DNA of 64,000 nt, taken from NCBI RefSeq assembly GCF_009914755.1, contig NC_060934.1, one strand, 5' to 3'. The position numbers and the translations under genes are program-made. Shown here piece after piece: positions 25,823 to 38,315 of the stretch. Origin of the DNA: the human T2T-CHM13v2.0 reference genome, Homo sapiens. A model generated the notes under the pieces. That model did not search any database. It saw nothing but the letters and a program-made list of their open reading frames with translations, and was not told the DNA's origin. How positions within the stretch are numbered: position 1 is the first letter of the stretch; every line of letters starts with the position of its first letter.

Positions 25823-26819
25823 TAGCGAGAGCCAGGTGAGAAGGGATGGCACTCGTGGATCCTGGCTGTTGCTATTTACCTGCCGGGTCCCTGCTTCCCC
25901 AGAACCCTTTATTTCCTTCTGGAAGGTGTTCCCATTGTAAGCCATCACACTGAGCTGCCATGCCAGGCACTCAGTGACTGCCATTAGGCACCAAACATGC
26001 ATGAGTTACACCCTACAAATGTCTTTCCCTCCATCTTCCTCTCTTGACTCCCACGTAAAACCTGTGAGGTCAGTATTATCCCTCCCATTTTGCAGATGAA
26101 CCAACTGAGGCTCTGACAGAGACTGATATGTGAGAGCAGAAACTATGGGTGCAAGACCTTCCTGCTGCTCACAGGACAAGTTGAGTGGGTCCTTATGGGC
26201 ATGGCTCTACTTCTGGACACAGCTTTCTCTGACTTCTTCCCTGGCCCATCGAGATCCAAGGTCAGGCAGGAGCCAAGGTCAGCCTGGGGTGCCAGGCAGG
26301 GCTGATGGGCAGCAGCTCCACTCTATAGCTGATGGGGATGGCGTAGAGCCAATGTGTTGGGTAAGTCGGGCTGCCGAGGGCCGCAGACGTGTCGGGTCTC
26401 GCCTCAGCCCACTGCTCCCTGGGATTAGCAGCTGCAGTCATGAAGCCAGGGAGCCATCTCCTCAGAGCAGCTGGGCAGGGCAGGACAGGGCGGGGGTGAG
26501 GGAGCCACTCCTGGGTGGGAAGAGTTTCGAGTGGCCAGGTGCCAGGCCACCCAGGGTCATTGGCGCCATCCCCAGGACCTGCCCAAGTTGGGGCACCACT
26601 GGTTGGCTGAGTCTGTTACCACCAGCTGACCTGGCAGCACACCCATCACCTTGCCCCCTCCTCACAGCACTCCCACGCAGGGGCTTTTATGACTGCTTTG
26701 TGGATAAGAAAACTGAAGCCCGTGGAAATGAAGTGACTAGCTCTAACGCGCACCATGAGTTGGAATCAGCAGAAGACCCAAGCTCTGATTCCAACTACGT
26801 CCCAGCGGAGCCCTTAATA

Positions 26820-27030
26820 AGGTGGTTATTTGGGCATCTACGGTGTGCCAAGAACTGCACCAAGTACATCTCAGTAGGATCTCATTAAAGACCCAACAAC
26901 CCAATGAAGTAGAGAGCATCACCTCCATTTGGGAAAAAAAGGAAACAGCCTCAGGGAGGTTAATTTGCTTGCCCAAGGTCACAGAATTAGAAACTGGCAG
27001 AGTTGAATCCAAACCCAGATATGACTGCCT
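26820..27030 (-). mobile_element. MIR SINE
   Basis: ggaaacagcctcagggaggttaatttgcttgcccaaggtcacag. Confidence 0.75.
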
Positions 27031-27577
27031 CAATGACCTTCCTAAAATACACATCTGACCAGGCTTGGCCTCTGCTTCCCACTGCTCCCTGGTGCCTCAA
27101 GGACCACAGGCTAAAACCCAAGAGCCTTCACCTGGCATTCAAGGCCCTCCTCACTCAGGCCCACCTTGCCCTTCCAGCCGATTCCCTCACATTGCTCCTT
27201 CTCCAGCCCCCACCCCCTGCAGCCTTGAACATGCTACGTATTTGCAGAACTCTGGCCTGGCAGCACCTGGTCCGTGTGCCAGAAATGCTCTTCACCCTCT
27301 TCTCTGCCCCTCAAATTCCCATGCCACACAGTGGAATCAGAGAAAGTGTTCTAGAGAGGTGACATTTGAGTTGGAGTCAGTTAATCCTCTGGATTCATGA
27401 AACAACTTTCACATTCACTACAGCATGATATTGCTGAGGAGATGCCGGTGTTTATTTGAATAGCTGGTCACCAGACTGAGAACACTTTCAGGGCAGGGAT
27501 CATGAACTATTTATCACTGTATCCTAGCAACTGACACAAGGTCTGGCCCAGAGCAAGTACTCACCTAGATGATCATG

Positions 27578-27722
27578 GGGATGGATGGATGGATGGATGG
27601 ATGGATGGATGGATGGACGGATGGACGGACGGATGGATAGATGGCTTGATTGGAGGATAGATAAATTAATAGAGGGATGGATGAGGTTGGAAGGATGGAA
27701 GAAGAAGGAATGGATGAATTAT
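27578..27722. repeat. (TGGA)n array after an L2 tail
   Basis: Perfect ggat run with ggac variants, preceded by an L2 3' end (tatcctagcaactgacacaaggtctggc). Confidence 0.9.
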
Positions 27723-29133
27723 TCATGTCAATAAGCACAAAACTATTCACCACTGACAGAGTATATTGAATGCCCTCTCTACTCTAATCTCAACACATTC
27801 AGCCAGTGACTTGAGAAGCTTCTCCTGATTGCATCCTCTACAATTTTTTGTTCTAGGTTGAAAAAGACCTGGCAGGTCCCTCTGGACAAGGGACAGAAAA
27901 TGTGTCAGATGGGGTGGGAAAAGGACCCCCACCCAGAGTTGCTGAGCTCACATCCTGGAAACCCATGGCTGCACTCTAGGAAGAAGCAGGGCCTGCCCCA
28001 TCCCCTGAGATGAGCTACGCAGGGAGGAGCCCACAGTTCCATCTTTCCATTAGCTAAGAACTCTTCCACGCCTGACCTCTCCCAGCCCCAAATTCTACTG
28101 CCCAAGATAATTGGAGCTGGGCCGGAGCCCAATGCTGCTTCAGCCCCAAAACCAAAACCACACTGGCTTGAGTAAGAGAGGCCTTCGGCTGAGCATCCAG
28201 GAGAGCCTGGGGCAAGAAACTTGACCAACACTTGGAGACAGCTGGAGGCAGCCGGGCCACCATCAGGGGGCAGGTTCTGAGAACCAGGGTTCTGAACGTG
28301 GGGCAGTGAGTGTGAGTCCTTCTCCAGGAGCACACAGGCTCTTCCTGAGGAGAGGCAGTGGTCCTGGCTTCTCGTTGGGTTCTACCCCACCCCTCAGCTT
28401 CTCTACCCACCCTGCAGCCTCACATCTGCAAGTGAGGCCCTGCCAAGTAAACAGCTGCAGCCCACGCTCCAAGGCTCCCCAATCCCCAGCACTACCCACA
28501 ACAGCCAAAGCCACATCCCATCCGTCCCCCAACATGGGCCCGAGGGAGGGGAAATGCTCATTAATCACAGGGAGACAGCTTCCGGGCAGCCTCGAAGACA
28601 GGCCGAGGAGACCGGAGCTGGGAGGAAGCTCCCCACAAGGTCTCAAGGGAGGTCAGGGCTCCCACTCTGACCCAACACAGAATTTATCATCAGCCAGTGG
28701 CTTGCCTTCCAGGGCCTGGGGGAGTCCTTGAGAGTCAGCCAGCCCTGGCTGTGGGCCTGGGCATCCGGAGAGAAGAGCTGATGTGTCCCTCTGCCATCAC
28801 ACCTGCAAACTGGGAGAAGAGCTCGGGCACTACCTGTATGCACCACCTAGAGTAAGTCTTCACACTGTGGGGAGGATTCACACTGATGCCCACGCCCTTG
28901 CCCTCCATCCCTAGACCCACAGAAGAGAGAGTCAGCTGTGGTCTTTGGCCCAATCTGAGTCACTGGCAGATGGGTGTTATTGAGCTAGTGTGGTGTTTTT
29001 AAAAGTGATGCATTTGAATGTCTTTGGGTAGGATGTGCAGTCTTTAGCAAGACACACCCATCCCCACCCTCATTCCTATTCATGCCTTACCTGAAACCCA
29101 CTCCTTCTTATACTTGTCACCTGCATGGTCTCT

Positions 29134-29518
29134 TGGGTCAGTCAGGATGGACTAGGTTTTGCTGCAGGAACAGCCAGCCCTCAAATCTCAGCGGCTTAAC
29201 AAAGCAAATGTCAATTTCTCATTCACGGTACAGGTCAGATCTAGGCTGGCAGGGTCTCTGCGGCATGTGGGCTGCCAGAGGCTCCGTCCCACTGCGTGCT
29301 TCCATAATCCTCAAGGCAGGGGAAGAAACATGGCAAGTAATACTCTGCCCCTAGAGCCTCCACTCAGCAGTAACCCTCTTTGATTCTGCTGTCCTTTCAT
29401 TGGCCAGAACAAATCACATGCCACACCCCTCAGAAGGGGCAGGGAATGGTGATCCCACCATGTGCCCAGAAGAAGAGAGAGCCAATTGGAATATTTGACC
29501 AGCCCTAATGTCGACCAC
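29134..29518 (-). mobile_element. MLT1K/L-type MaLR LTR
   Basis: ctaggttttgctgc...caaatctcagcggcttaac...cattggccagaacaaatcacatg...ccatgtgcccagaag...gaatatttg. Confidence 0.8.
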
Positions 29519-32500
29519 GCCCAGGGAGGCAACACCTTGCAGCCCCTGGTAGACTGAGTGAGGCTCAGCCCTGAAAACTGCAGACACACAACGGCGGCCA
29601 GAGCAGCTTCAAACCCTCCCACGGACACTCCCTGAGCACTGTGCCAGGCCCTGGGAGCAGGCAGTGAGGAGCAGAGCCCAAACCTCATGCTCTAGGAGGA
29701 AAACACATCACAACACACGACACCCTCAGCTGAGTTGTGTCCGAGGGGCTGTTAGATGATTACGTCCTGTGGTGGGGCAGGGAAAACCACCATCTCCGCC
29801 ATGCTTTCCCTGACCCCCTCGGCAGAGCAGACGGCATTTAGGATGAGCTTGAAGGAAATATAAGTGTCTGTCAAGTGGGTGGGTTGGGGGATGGCCTTAG
29901 GAGAAGCTAGTCAGGGGTCTAGCGAAGAGGGGTCTGGGAAGGATGCATGGTGTGGAGCGGCCCGTGTGGAGGAGGACAAGAGGAACAAGAAGGTGAGCTG
30001 GAAGGGAGGGCTGGGCCGAGCAAGAGAGAAGGGCCTAAGATGCCTGTGAAGGAGCCTGCTGCTGCTGGATTCTCTCCGGGGGCAATCTTGTGAACTTCCC
30101 GAGGGAAAATTCCAGGCTTTAGAGAGGAAAGATGCCCCACTTCATGTGGTGAAAACTGGGTTCCAGAGAGCTTAGTAATTGCCCCAGTTAACACAAATGG
30201 ATTCTGGTAGAGCTGAGGTTTGAAGTGGAGTCTGTCTGATATATGAGGACACCCACCAGAATTCAGGAACTGGACGCTTCATAGGTGCTTTATCTAATTT
30301 CCCCAAAACCACACGCAGTATGCATCACTGTCCCTATTTCACTCACCAGGACCCTGGTGACCAGAGAGGTCATCCAAGACCAAGTGGTTAACAAGCTGGA
30401 GGACCTTGGGTAAGGTCGGATTGAGGCCTGGGGTGCCTATCTCTCATGTGAGTGGGTCTATGCAGCCCCAGGGGCCGGGGCTCTTGGAGAAGCCATGGCA
30501 GAGAGGAGAGGGCCAAGAGCAATGGTGGGAGGGAGGGCTGACATCTGCCGGGAGCTGGGTTTCCAACCACCCTGCACAGACCAAGGCCTACCTCCTGATC
30601 CTCACCCTGCCTATGGCCAATGCCACCCGGTGCCAAAGGATATGGCCTCATCTTGGAGCAGCTGAGCCCTCTGTATCCCACAGGAATGCACCCCACTGTG
30701 ACATCAGAAGCATTTAGGCCTTCAAAGCTGGAGACATGCCAGCTGACCCCTGACCTCATGGTGTGACCTTAGGTAAGTTCCTTATCCTCTCTGAGACCCA
30801 TCAGAACACCTGGGGAAAAAGAGCCAAAGGTTTCCAGTGCCTCCTCTCCAAGGTCATGGCATTTCCTGGGTCAGCCAGCAGTGAGGGGCTGGGCTGAGCT
30901 GCCCATCTGGGAGACCCAGCAAGAGGCAACAGGAGGCAGCTGAGCAGGAGGTGGGCAGAGCACAGAGCACCTGGGGGACTGCAGCAGGCGTCAGGCCCCT
31001 CCATGGGCAAAGGGAAGGGGACAGACCAGTGCTTCTTAAAGCAAATCTCCACCAAGTCTCTCCCAAGTACCAGGCATCTGCTGAGCCCTGGCGGCATCCC
31101 CACAAAACTGCGAGGAGGCAGATATCACAGATATCCGCTCTCCTGGTGAAGGAGCCAAGGCTCCCAGAGGATAGAAGTCATGTTCAAGTGGACATGCTAG
31201 GACTCGAATCCAGGTTTTCAAACTCCACAGTGCCACCACTTCCCCAGGGGGCAGGGGCAGGACCCCAAGGCCAGGCAGGAACTAGGAGGGGACTCAGGCA
31301 TGAGGAACTGTCCAAACTCCTGCCTCTGGAATTAGAGAACAAGGCAGAGGCTTCGAATCTCAGAGCAGGTCCAAATCTCCATGTCCCAGCCAGGCCTGGG
31401 GCTCCTGAAATTCCTCATCCTGTCATCAGCTCAGGGCACAAGGGCTAGCCGGTGAGAAGAGGCTCATTCTCAAAGAGATCTTCTCTCCTTCCAGGAATCT
31501 ACACTCTTTGGACCACTGCGCACTCAGGGGGCCCTCCCATGTCGCTTGCACACTGCCAGTAACAGAGGACTCACTCCCTCTGAATGCATTCCACTTGCAA
31601 TCTTGGTTTCGAGGGAAACATAACCAGGGGTAGGGAGGATTATGCTCCATGGGGAAGTGCTGAGGTGGTCTCCAAAGCACCTGTCCTCTCCAGCCCTCTT
31701 CCCTCAGCTTCCAGATAACCAAGCACAATGCCCAGATTGGAAATCATTATCTACTAAAGATATATGCTCCCAGCAAGTGCTAGATCCCAGGGCTGGCTCG
31801 TGATTCCCATCTGCCTAACTGGAAAATCATCCACTCTCGAGCGCCCTCACTTCCCCAGCATGGGCTGCTACAGACTTCCACTCTCAGCTCCCTAAGAAGT
31901 TTGACTCAGCTTGTGACCTTGGGCCAATCGCTCCCATCCTCCAGGCCTCAGTGTCCACATCTGTCAAACGGAGGAACAACCTCTAAATGTGTTACCTTCC
32001 AACTGGCACAGATCTCTGGACTGTCATCTTCTCAATGGGTGGAGATAGACCAGGCCAGCTGGGCCCCTGGCTAAGGCAGGGCTGGAAGCACAGATCCCAG
32101 GCCCATCCTGGTGCCCGTTTCATCAGTGCCTGCTTTGTCTGGAGCTCACAGCAAGCAGGTGAGTTCATTTTCCATTAAGGACAATTATCTCTTCATTTGC
32201 ATATGCTAAATGTGACATTTAAGGGAGCAGTTCTTCCCCACCCCAAACAGGATAAAAGTCCAATGACAGGCAGACAACCTGCGGTTTAGGGCAGAGGTGT
32301 AATTGGCTCTTATTAAGGGAAGATGCAGGGAGATACAGGTTTTGAAATGCAAATGACAGCATCACTTCTTCCACTGGGGCTGAACGGGGAATGACAGGGC
32401 CAGGCTGGGCACTCTTGCCTGCTCCGTATCTGGGCAAAGAACAGGCCTCCTGAACCACAAAAAAGAGAGAGATAGAAGCTGGACAGAGAGGGGAAGCACA

Positions 32501-33024
32501 TTCTCTTGGGGATAATGGGACGGACCAGCATATCAGCCTCCCCAGCAGCCCTGTCCCCTGCCTCGGGCTGCCATCTTATGCCCACTGCCTCTCCTTGTCC
32601 TCTCTGAGTCAACCAGACTCCACTCCCTAAAATAGGGTCTCTTAGCATGTTCGACCCCGGCTCAGAAACCCCCAGCCACAGTTTTAGCTGTAGCTACTGC
32701 CAAATTCCAGCCCCACCACAAAGCCAGAAGGCCCTAAGTACCCCACAGCACATTAGGCCTTTGCTAGGCCCTGTGCCTGAGATGCTTCCCCTGCTCACCC
32801 ACCTGGCAAACTCTCACTCTCACCTCTAACCAGCTCACATAGTGTGTCCTCTCTGAAACCTGCCCCAGTGGCCTCTTTATTCATAGGACTGGACTCCCTG
32901 CTGGGTCTGAGAGTCCGTGGAAGCAGGAAAAATTCTGACTCATCTCAATGCAAGTATCTGTTCAGAGCTGGTTCACCAAAGGAGTTCATAAGAATCAATG
33001 TGTGCATAAAAGGAAGTATGAGTG

Positions 33025-33180
33025 GACAGATGGATGGACGGAAAGATGGGAGAATGAATGGGTGGGTGGATGGATGGATGGGAGGGTGGATGGATGGATG
33101 GATGGATGGATGGATGGATGGATGGATGAAGGGAGGATGAGTGGGTGGGTGGATGGATGGGTAGATGGATGGATGGGAAG
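33025..33180. repeat. (TGGA)n array
   Basis: Long ggatggat run seen directly. Confidence 0.9.
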
Positions 33181-34404
33181 ATGGTGTAACCTTACTATAA
33201 GGCTCCACCCTGCACTTGCCTTGACAATTACTTACAGTACCTCCTATTCTACAGATGAGGAAAAGTGAGACTGGGTGAGATAGAGACTCTATCCCCTACT
33301 CAAGCAGCAGAACCCAGAACACCATTCCTGACTACCCCACTGAAGCTAGATTGCCATCACTTGGCATCAAAGCCCTCCACAATGATGAGAGCCTTCCACC
33401 TGGCCACCTTCATCACATGGTGGTCCTGGGTCCTGACATGGCCCTGGCCTCCTAGGCCCCTTCAGATGCAGCCACTGAGTCTGAGGCTGATCTTGAGGAT
33501 GCTGTTTCCTCTCTTACAGATCACTGAATACTCCACAGATCACTGACACCCACCTGAATACTCCATAAGCAAAGAAAGTGAGGTCAGAGGCCGTTTTGCA
33601 GTCAGATACTGAAACCCAGGAGATGAAACACCTGTTCATAACCCTTCATTCCCCCAAACACCCAGAGCTGTCCCGTGCTTTGGGGAACCCAAGGGGAGGG
33701 AAGAAGCAGAGAGAGAACAAAGGGGACTCTGGAATCAGTCTGTTCCCCAAACAGTGACCCCAGCCCCCAGCCCTGCCTGCCTCTCTGGAATCACACCTCC
33801 TGCCATCTGCCACCTGTCTGCCCCCCGCCACAGCAGGTGCTTGGAGAGCAGAGAGAGCAGGGTTCACTCCCATTTTGTTACTCATGATCTGTGAGACCTT
33901 GGGTGAGTCTTTGAACCTGTCAGAGGCTTGGATTCCTCATTTGTGAGTGGGGATGACAGGCCTTTCTCACCTGCTTTCACATCCTATCCACAGGAAAGCT
34001 CTGAGCAGGAAGCATGGGCCCAGCCATGCTTTGCTCCTTTCCTCTTTCCTCCCCTTGACCTCTAAGGAGAGAACTCAGAAGGCAAGGACCCCTGCATGAG
34101 TGTGCAAAGGGCAAGGATCAGGTCTGAGTCTCTCACTACCTGCCCCCCGCCCCATCTCCAGCACAGCCTCTACACAGAGAAGGAAGTCAGCAAAAATCAT
34201 GGGGCGCTTCCGCTCCCCAGACATCTGCCAGAGGCACATTCCATAAAAAGCGGGTGTTTAGGATTCTAAACTCTCAGCAGGACACATTAGGACAAATCCA
34301 GAGAGCAGAATAGGCATCCAAGAGAAAAATCTGGACCTGATGGTGACCTACGAGCTCCCTTGCTGCCTAATAAGCCAGTGGAATCACTGAATAGAAGGGG
34401 CTTC

Positions 34405-34579
34405 TTATGGTTCCCTTGTTGCCCACACATTAGAATCACCTGGGAGCTCCTAGGACTCCCAATGTCTGATTGTTCCCCCAAATCAATTAAATCAGAACAC
34501 CTGGGGAGAGGAGCTAGGCATCAGCATGTTTTAGGGTCCCCAGATGATTCCAATATGATGCAAACTTTTCGGCCACTGG
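34405..34579. mobile_element. MER5B-type hAT-Charlie element
   Basis: cacattagaatcacctgggagct...aattaaatcagaa...ccccagatgattccaatatg...ccactg. Confidence 0.75.
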
Positions 34580-35444
34580 GCTATAGGACAAGTTAGTGAC
34601 TGTGGGCAGCCAGCCAAGATTTGACCTCGTTCAGAGTGCGTTCTTATCCCTCGCCCCATCTGGTCCTCATCTGTCAGCTCAGGGGCCACATTATTACACC
34701 CACTGTACAGATGAGGAAAGTGAAACCTAGGATGTTGCCATGTCTCCTAAGACAATCAGAGATGGAGCTGCAACTGTTGGGGAAGAGAGCCCAATCCCTG
34801 GACCCTCAAAGTTGGGCTCTTCCTACACTGACACAGCCACAGTAGGCCCTTGGAGATCATCACAAAGAGACCAGGACCCTAACTTCCCAGCCTTTCCTGG
34901 GAGAAGGCTCTGATGGTGGTGGGGAGAGCAGAGAAGGAGGGTGCGTGAGGAAGACAGGGAATAGGGGCTGCAGGCTGGATATAGGCCAGCATGCTGGGCC
35001 AATTCGCGCCTGGTCCTCCGTAGGCTCTGGCTCCAACCCAGCAACCTCTTCCCCTCCGACTTCATCCTGTGGTGTGTGAGGGTCTGTTCTGGGGTGGTGA
35101 GGCCCAGACATTACCTCTTTATCTGAATCTTTCCTGACATCCCTCCGATAACAAAGAAGGTGGCTCAATAGGGAGGTTTACCAGGGATTTAAGATTCTTC
35201 CTCTAGGTCTGTGTTGGAAACACCAACGTCCACATAAAGCCCAAGGCACCATTAGTGGGGAAATCAGGGGGGCCCACAGCAGCTCTGGGGGCTGGCTTAG
35301 CTCCCACCATCCCTTGCAATCTTTGAAGACTGCCAGCAGCCATGTGTCCAGCCCCCATCCCATCCATTTCAGGGGAATGAGAAAAGGCAAGGAGACCAGC
35401 CAAGTTACATAGCACAGGATGATGCACTGCTTTGCAGTCACTCA

Positions 35445-35775
35445 GACTGGAATTCAAATCCCAGCTCTGTGGTGCCCTTTTGCTGCGTGACCTTGGACGA
35501 GTTGCTTTAACCCCTCCAAGCCTTGGAGCTGTCATGGATAAAATGGTGGTAATAATGATCCTCATCTCCAGGTAGTTGTGGGACTGGGATTAAATAACAT
35601 CCGTGCTGGCTGTGGGCCCCTGGATATGTTATTTTGCTTTCCTGTGCCTCAGCTAACCCATCTATAAAATGGGAACAATAACACTTATTCATAGAGGCAG
35701 AGAGAATGAAATTGATGAAATGAGTCAGTCTACATAAAGTGGTTAGAACAATGTCTGGCATACCTCAAGGACTCC
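35445..35775 (+). mobile_element. Two adjacent MIR fragments
   Basis: ggaattcaaatcccagctctg...gtgaccttggac; cctcagctaacccatctataaaatggg...ttagaacaatgtctggcata. Confidence 0.75.
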
Positions 35776-36724
35776 ATCACTGCTCCCTGTTACAGCGTTC
35801 CTAGCATGAGTCCTGACACACAGTAGTGCCTTCTGAAGCGCCTGCTTCCTCCCTCCCCTTCCAGGCACTTTTGGGATGTGGCCGAGTGCAGTCAGCTGCC
35901 TTCCTCTGATGCCTGGTGCTGGCTCTTGGCCAACTCCTTAAAAAAACTGGAAGCAGTGACTACTTTCTCTTCTCCCTTTTCATAAAGAGATCGCAGAACA
36001 GAGGCACTGACCTTGGGCAACCTTGCACCGCAGTGTTTTCCAAAAGACAAAACGCTACAAATCACTGCGGGTGAGCACAGCACACCACCCGCACCCCACC
36101 TCCCTTCCACATCCCAGCCCCACCTGAGCAGGACTGCTCTTTTCCTCTCTGTTTTTCCAATTTGGAAGATGCCCCCAGGCAGAGGGAGCAGCTATACCTG
36201 GGCAGGGCACGAGGGCCTCAATGTTATGGGATAATGAAGAATCGTGGAGACTTTTTCCCCAAACTCAAACAGCACTTGTTAAGCACAGGCCTGTACCAGA
36301 CCCCCGGCTGCCCACACTGGCCAGCATTTCCTCCCACCCTATTGAAGCCCTGAGGGGTATGGTTCCCAGCATTTCCAGAGGGGAAGCTGAGGGCCAGAGA
36401 CCTCGACGACTTACAGCTGACCATGGAGAAGAGGAATAGTCAGAACTTGAACCTGCGACTCGTGACCCTGCGTCTCTCATTCTTTTTGCATTAAGACTCA
36501 CTCTTTGAATACCTGGTAGAATTCCCTGCAGAGGTGTCAGGCTCTTCGAGCTGGGCCAAAACCAGTGGAAGTCACTGAAAAGTTGATGTCATGTCACAGG
36601 AAGCATGATATACACTGACCAGGGACTGATCAGGAAGTTTCTGGGGTACAGGGGCGTTTCCAAGACCTGGTAAAGAAAAGACCAAGGACCTTTCCACCTG
36701 GGAGCCTGGAGCACTATGAAATTG

Positions 36725-37490
36725 GCTCATGCGACAAACATTCCTTGAGCACCTTCTCAGCTCCAGCCCAGGCTCTGGGATGCAGAATGTATGGGACAGG
36801 AAATGCCCTCGCATCTTGGAGCTTACATTCTATTTAGGGTAGTGGAGAGGACAACAAAACAACGTAGTGCTCTGAAGAAAGTAAAACAGGGTAATGGGAC
36901 GGAGAGTGAATGCAGGAGGTGGTGGGGGGACAATATTAGACCTTGACTGAGCGTGGTGAAAGGGAGCTAACCACACGGAGACCCAGGGGCAAAGAATTCC
37001 AGCAGCAGAAACACCCTGCAAAGGAAGGGAGATGGGAACTGGTGGGTGAAGTTGGGGAGGAGAAAGGAGGGCAGGGACACCAAGGCACAGTGGGGCCTGG
37101 AAGGAATGGGAGGACGGGAGGCCAAAGGTGGCCAGGGCCAGGTCGCAGAAGCCCTACCTGCTGGCCACAGGATGCAGGGCCCCAGGGGAGTGCCATGATC
37201 TGATTTTGTTTGTAAACCTCCTCCAGCAGGCAAGTGGAGAAGGGAGCTCCGAGCACAGGCAGGAATGCAGGAAGCCCAATTAGGAGGCCAGCCGGTCATC
37301 TGGTGGACCTAAGACAAGGATACAGACAGGAATGGTGGCAATGGAAGTAGTGTGACATGGAGACATTGGGGATCTGGAGAGTCAATAGATTTGGTTGTTA
37401 GCAGGAGGCCAGGAGTGACACAGGACGATGGTGAGGACATTCACAGAGACTGGCTCAGGGAGAAATCAAGTGTTGGGTTTAAGCCATGAA
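36725..37490 (-). mobile_element. L2 LINE 3' portion
   Basis: aaacattccttgagcacc...tgccctcg...ggagcttacattcta...catgatctgattttgttt. Confidence 0.7.
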
Positions 37491-38149
37491 CACTTTCGTG
37501 GAATACCTACTGAGGGTCTGCCCAGCCATCTCCTGGAGTAAATGCCCTTCTTGGGTCTGGAAGATGTGGGGCCTAATGCCAGCTCCAGACAAGGAGGAGG
37601 GAGGGGAGGAAGTCCCCTAGTTCTGAGACCTCTTGGAGCATGTAAGTGACAAGGATTCTCTGTGGGGCAGGGCCTGTGCCTTTACACAGCTCCTTCCACT
37701 GAATTTATCCCAGCAAAAGAAACCGCGGGGCTAGGCTGGCAATGCCTTATAGCTGAGCCTGCTGCAGGGGAGCAGGGTCGGGGTGCTCCACAGTGAGCCA
37801 GGACAGGTTCTCCTGGCTCCCCTTTGTCTGTGTCACCTCAGGCCAGTGGCTCCCCATCCCAGGTGACCAAACACTTATCCCAGCCTCACGCCACAGACAG
37901 CTCAGAAGCCGGTCCAGCTCCACCAAAGCACTTCCTGGAGTCAGAAGTATGGCTTTCTTCCAGCCCTGGATGGAAGGGAAAGAAAGGGCACCCAGGGCAG
38001 CCGGCCACCCCCTCCCTCCCCTCCTGCAGCCAGAGAAGTTGGTGCTCCCTGCTCAGGACATCCTCCCAACCCCTAACCTCACCTGTAGAGAGATAAGCGG
38101 CACTTGGATTGCAGGAACACCATGAAAGCTGGAGAATGTCAGGGCCTGA

Positions 38150-38315
38150 TGGAATTTGAAGTCAGACAAGGAAGGGTTCAGATCCCAGCTCTGCTACCTA
38201 CTGGGTGACCATAGGAAAGCCGCTTCTATATTGTTTTATCTGAGAATCTTTTTCCTCATCCGTCAAGTAGGGATAGCAGCTACCTATCTCGTAGGCGATT
38301 ATGTAGAGTAAACAC
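38150..38315 (+). mobile_element. MIR SINE
   Basis: gggttcagatcccagctctgctacctactgggtgacc...ttcctcatccgtcaagtagggata. Confidence 0.7.

Noticed and set aside
26130-26888. 252-aa ORF as a single-exon gene
   Set aside because: GTG start, 3' third lies in MIR sequence, no domain; only the internal 186-nt segment is kept as a weak exon candidate.
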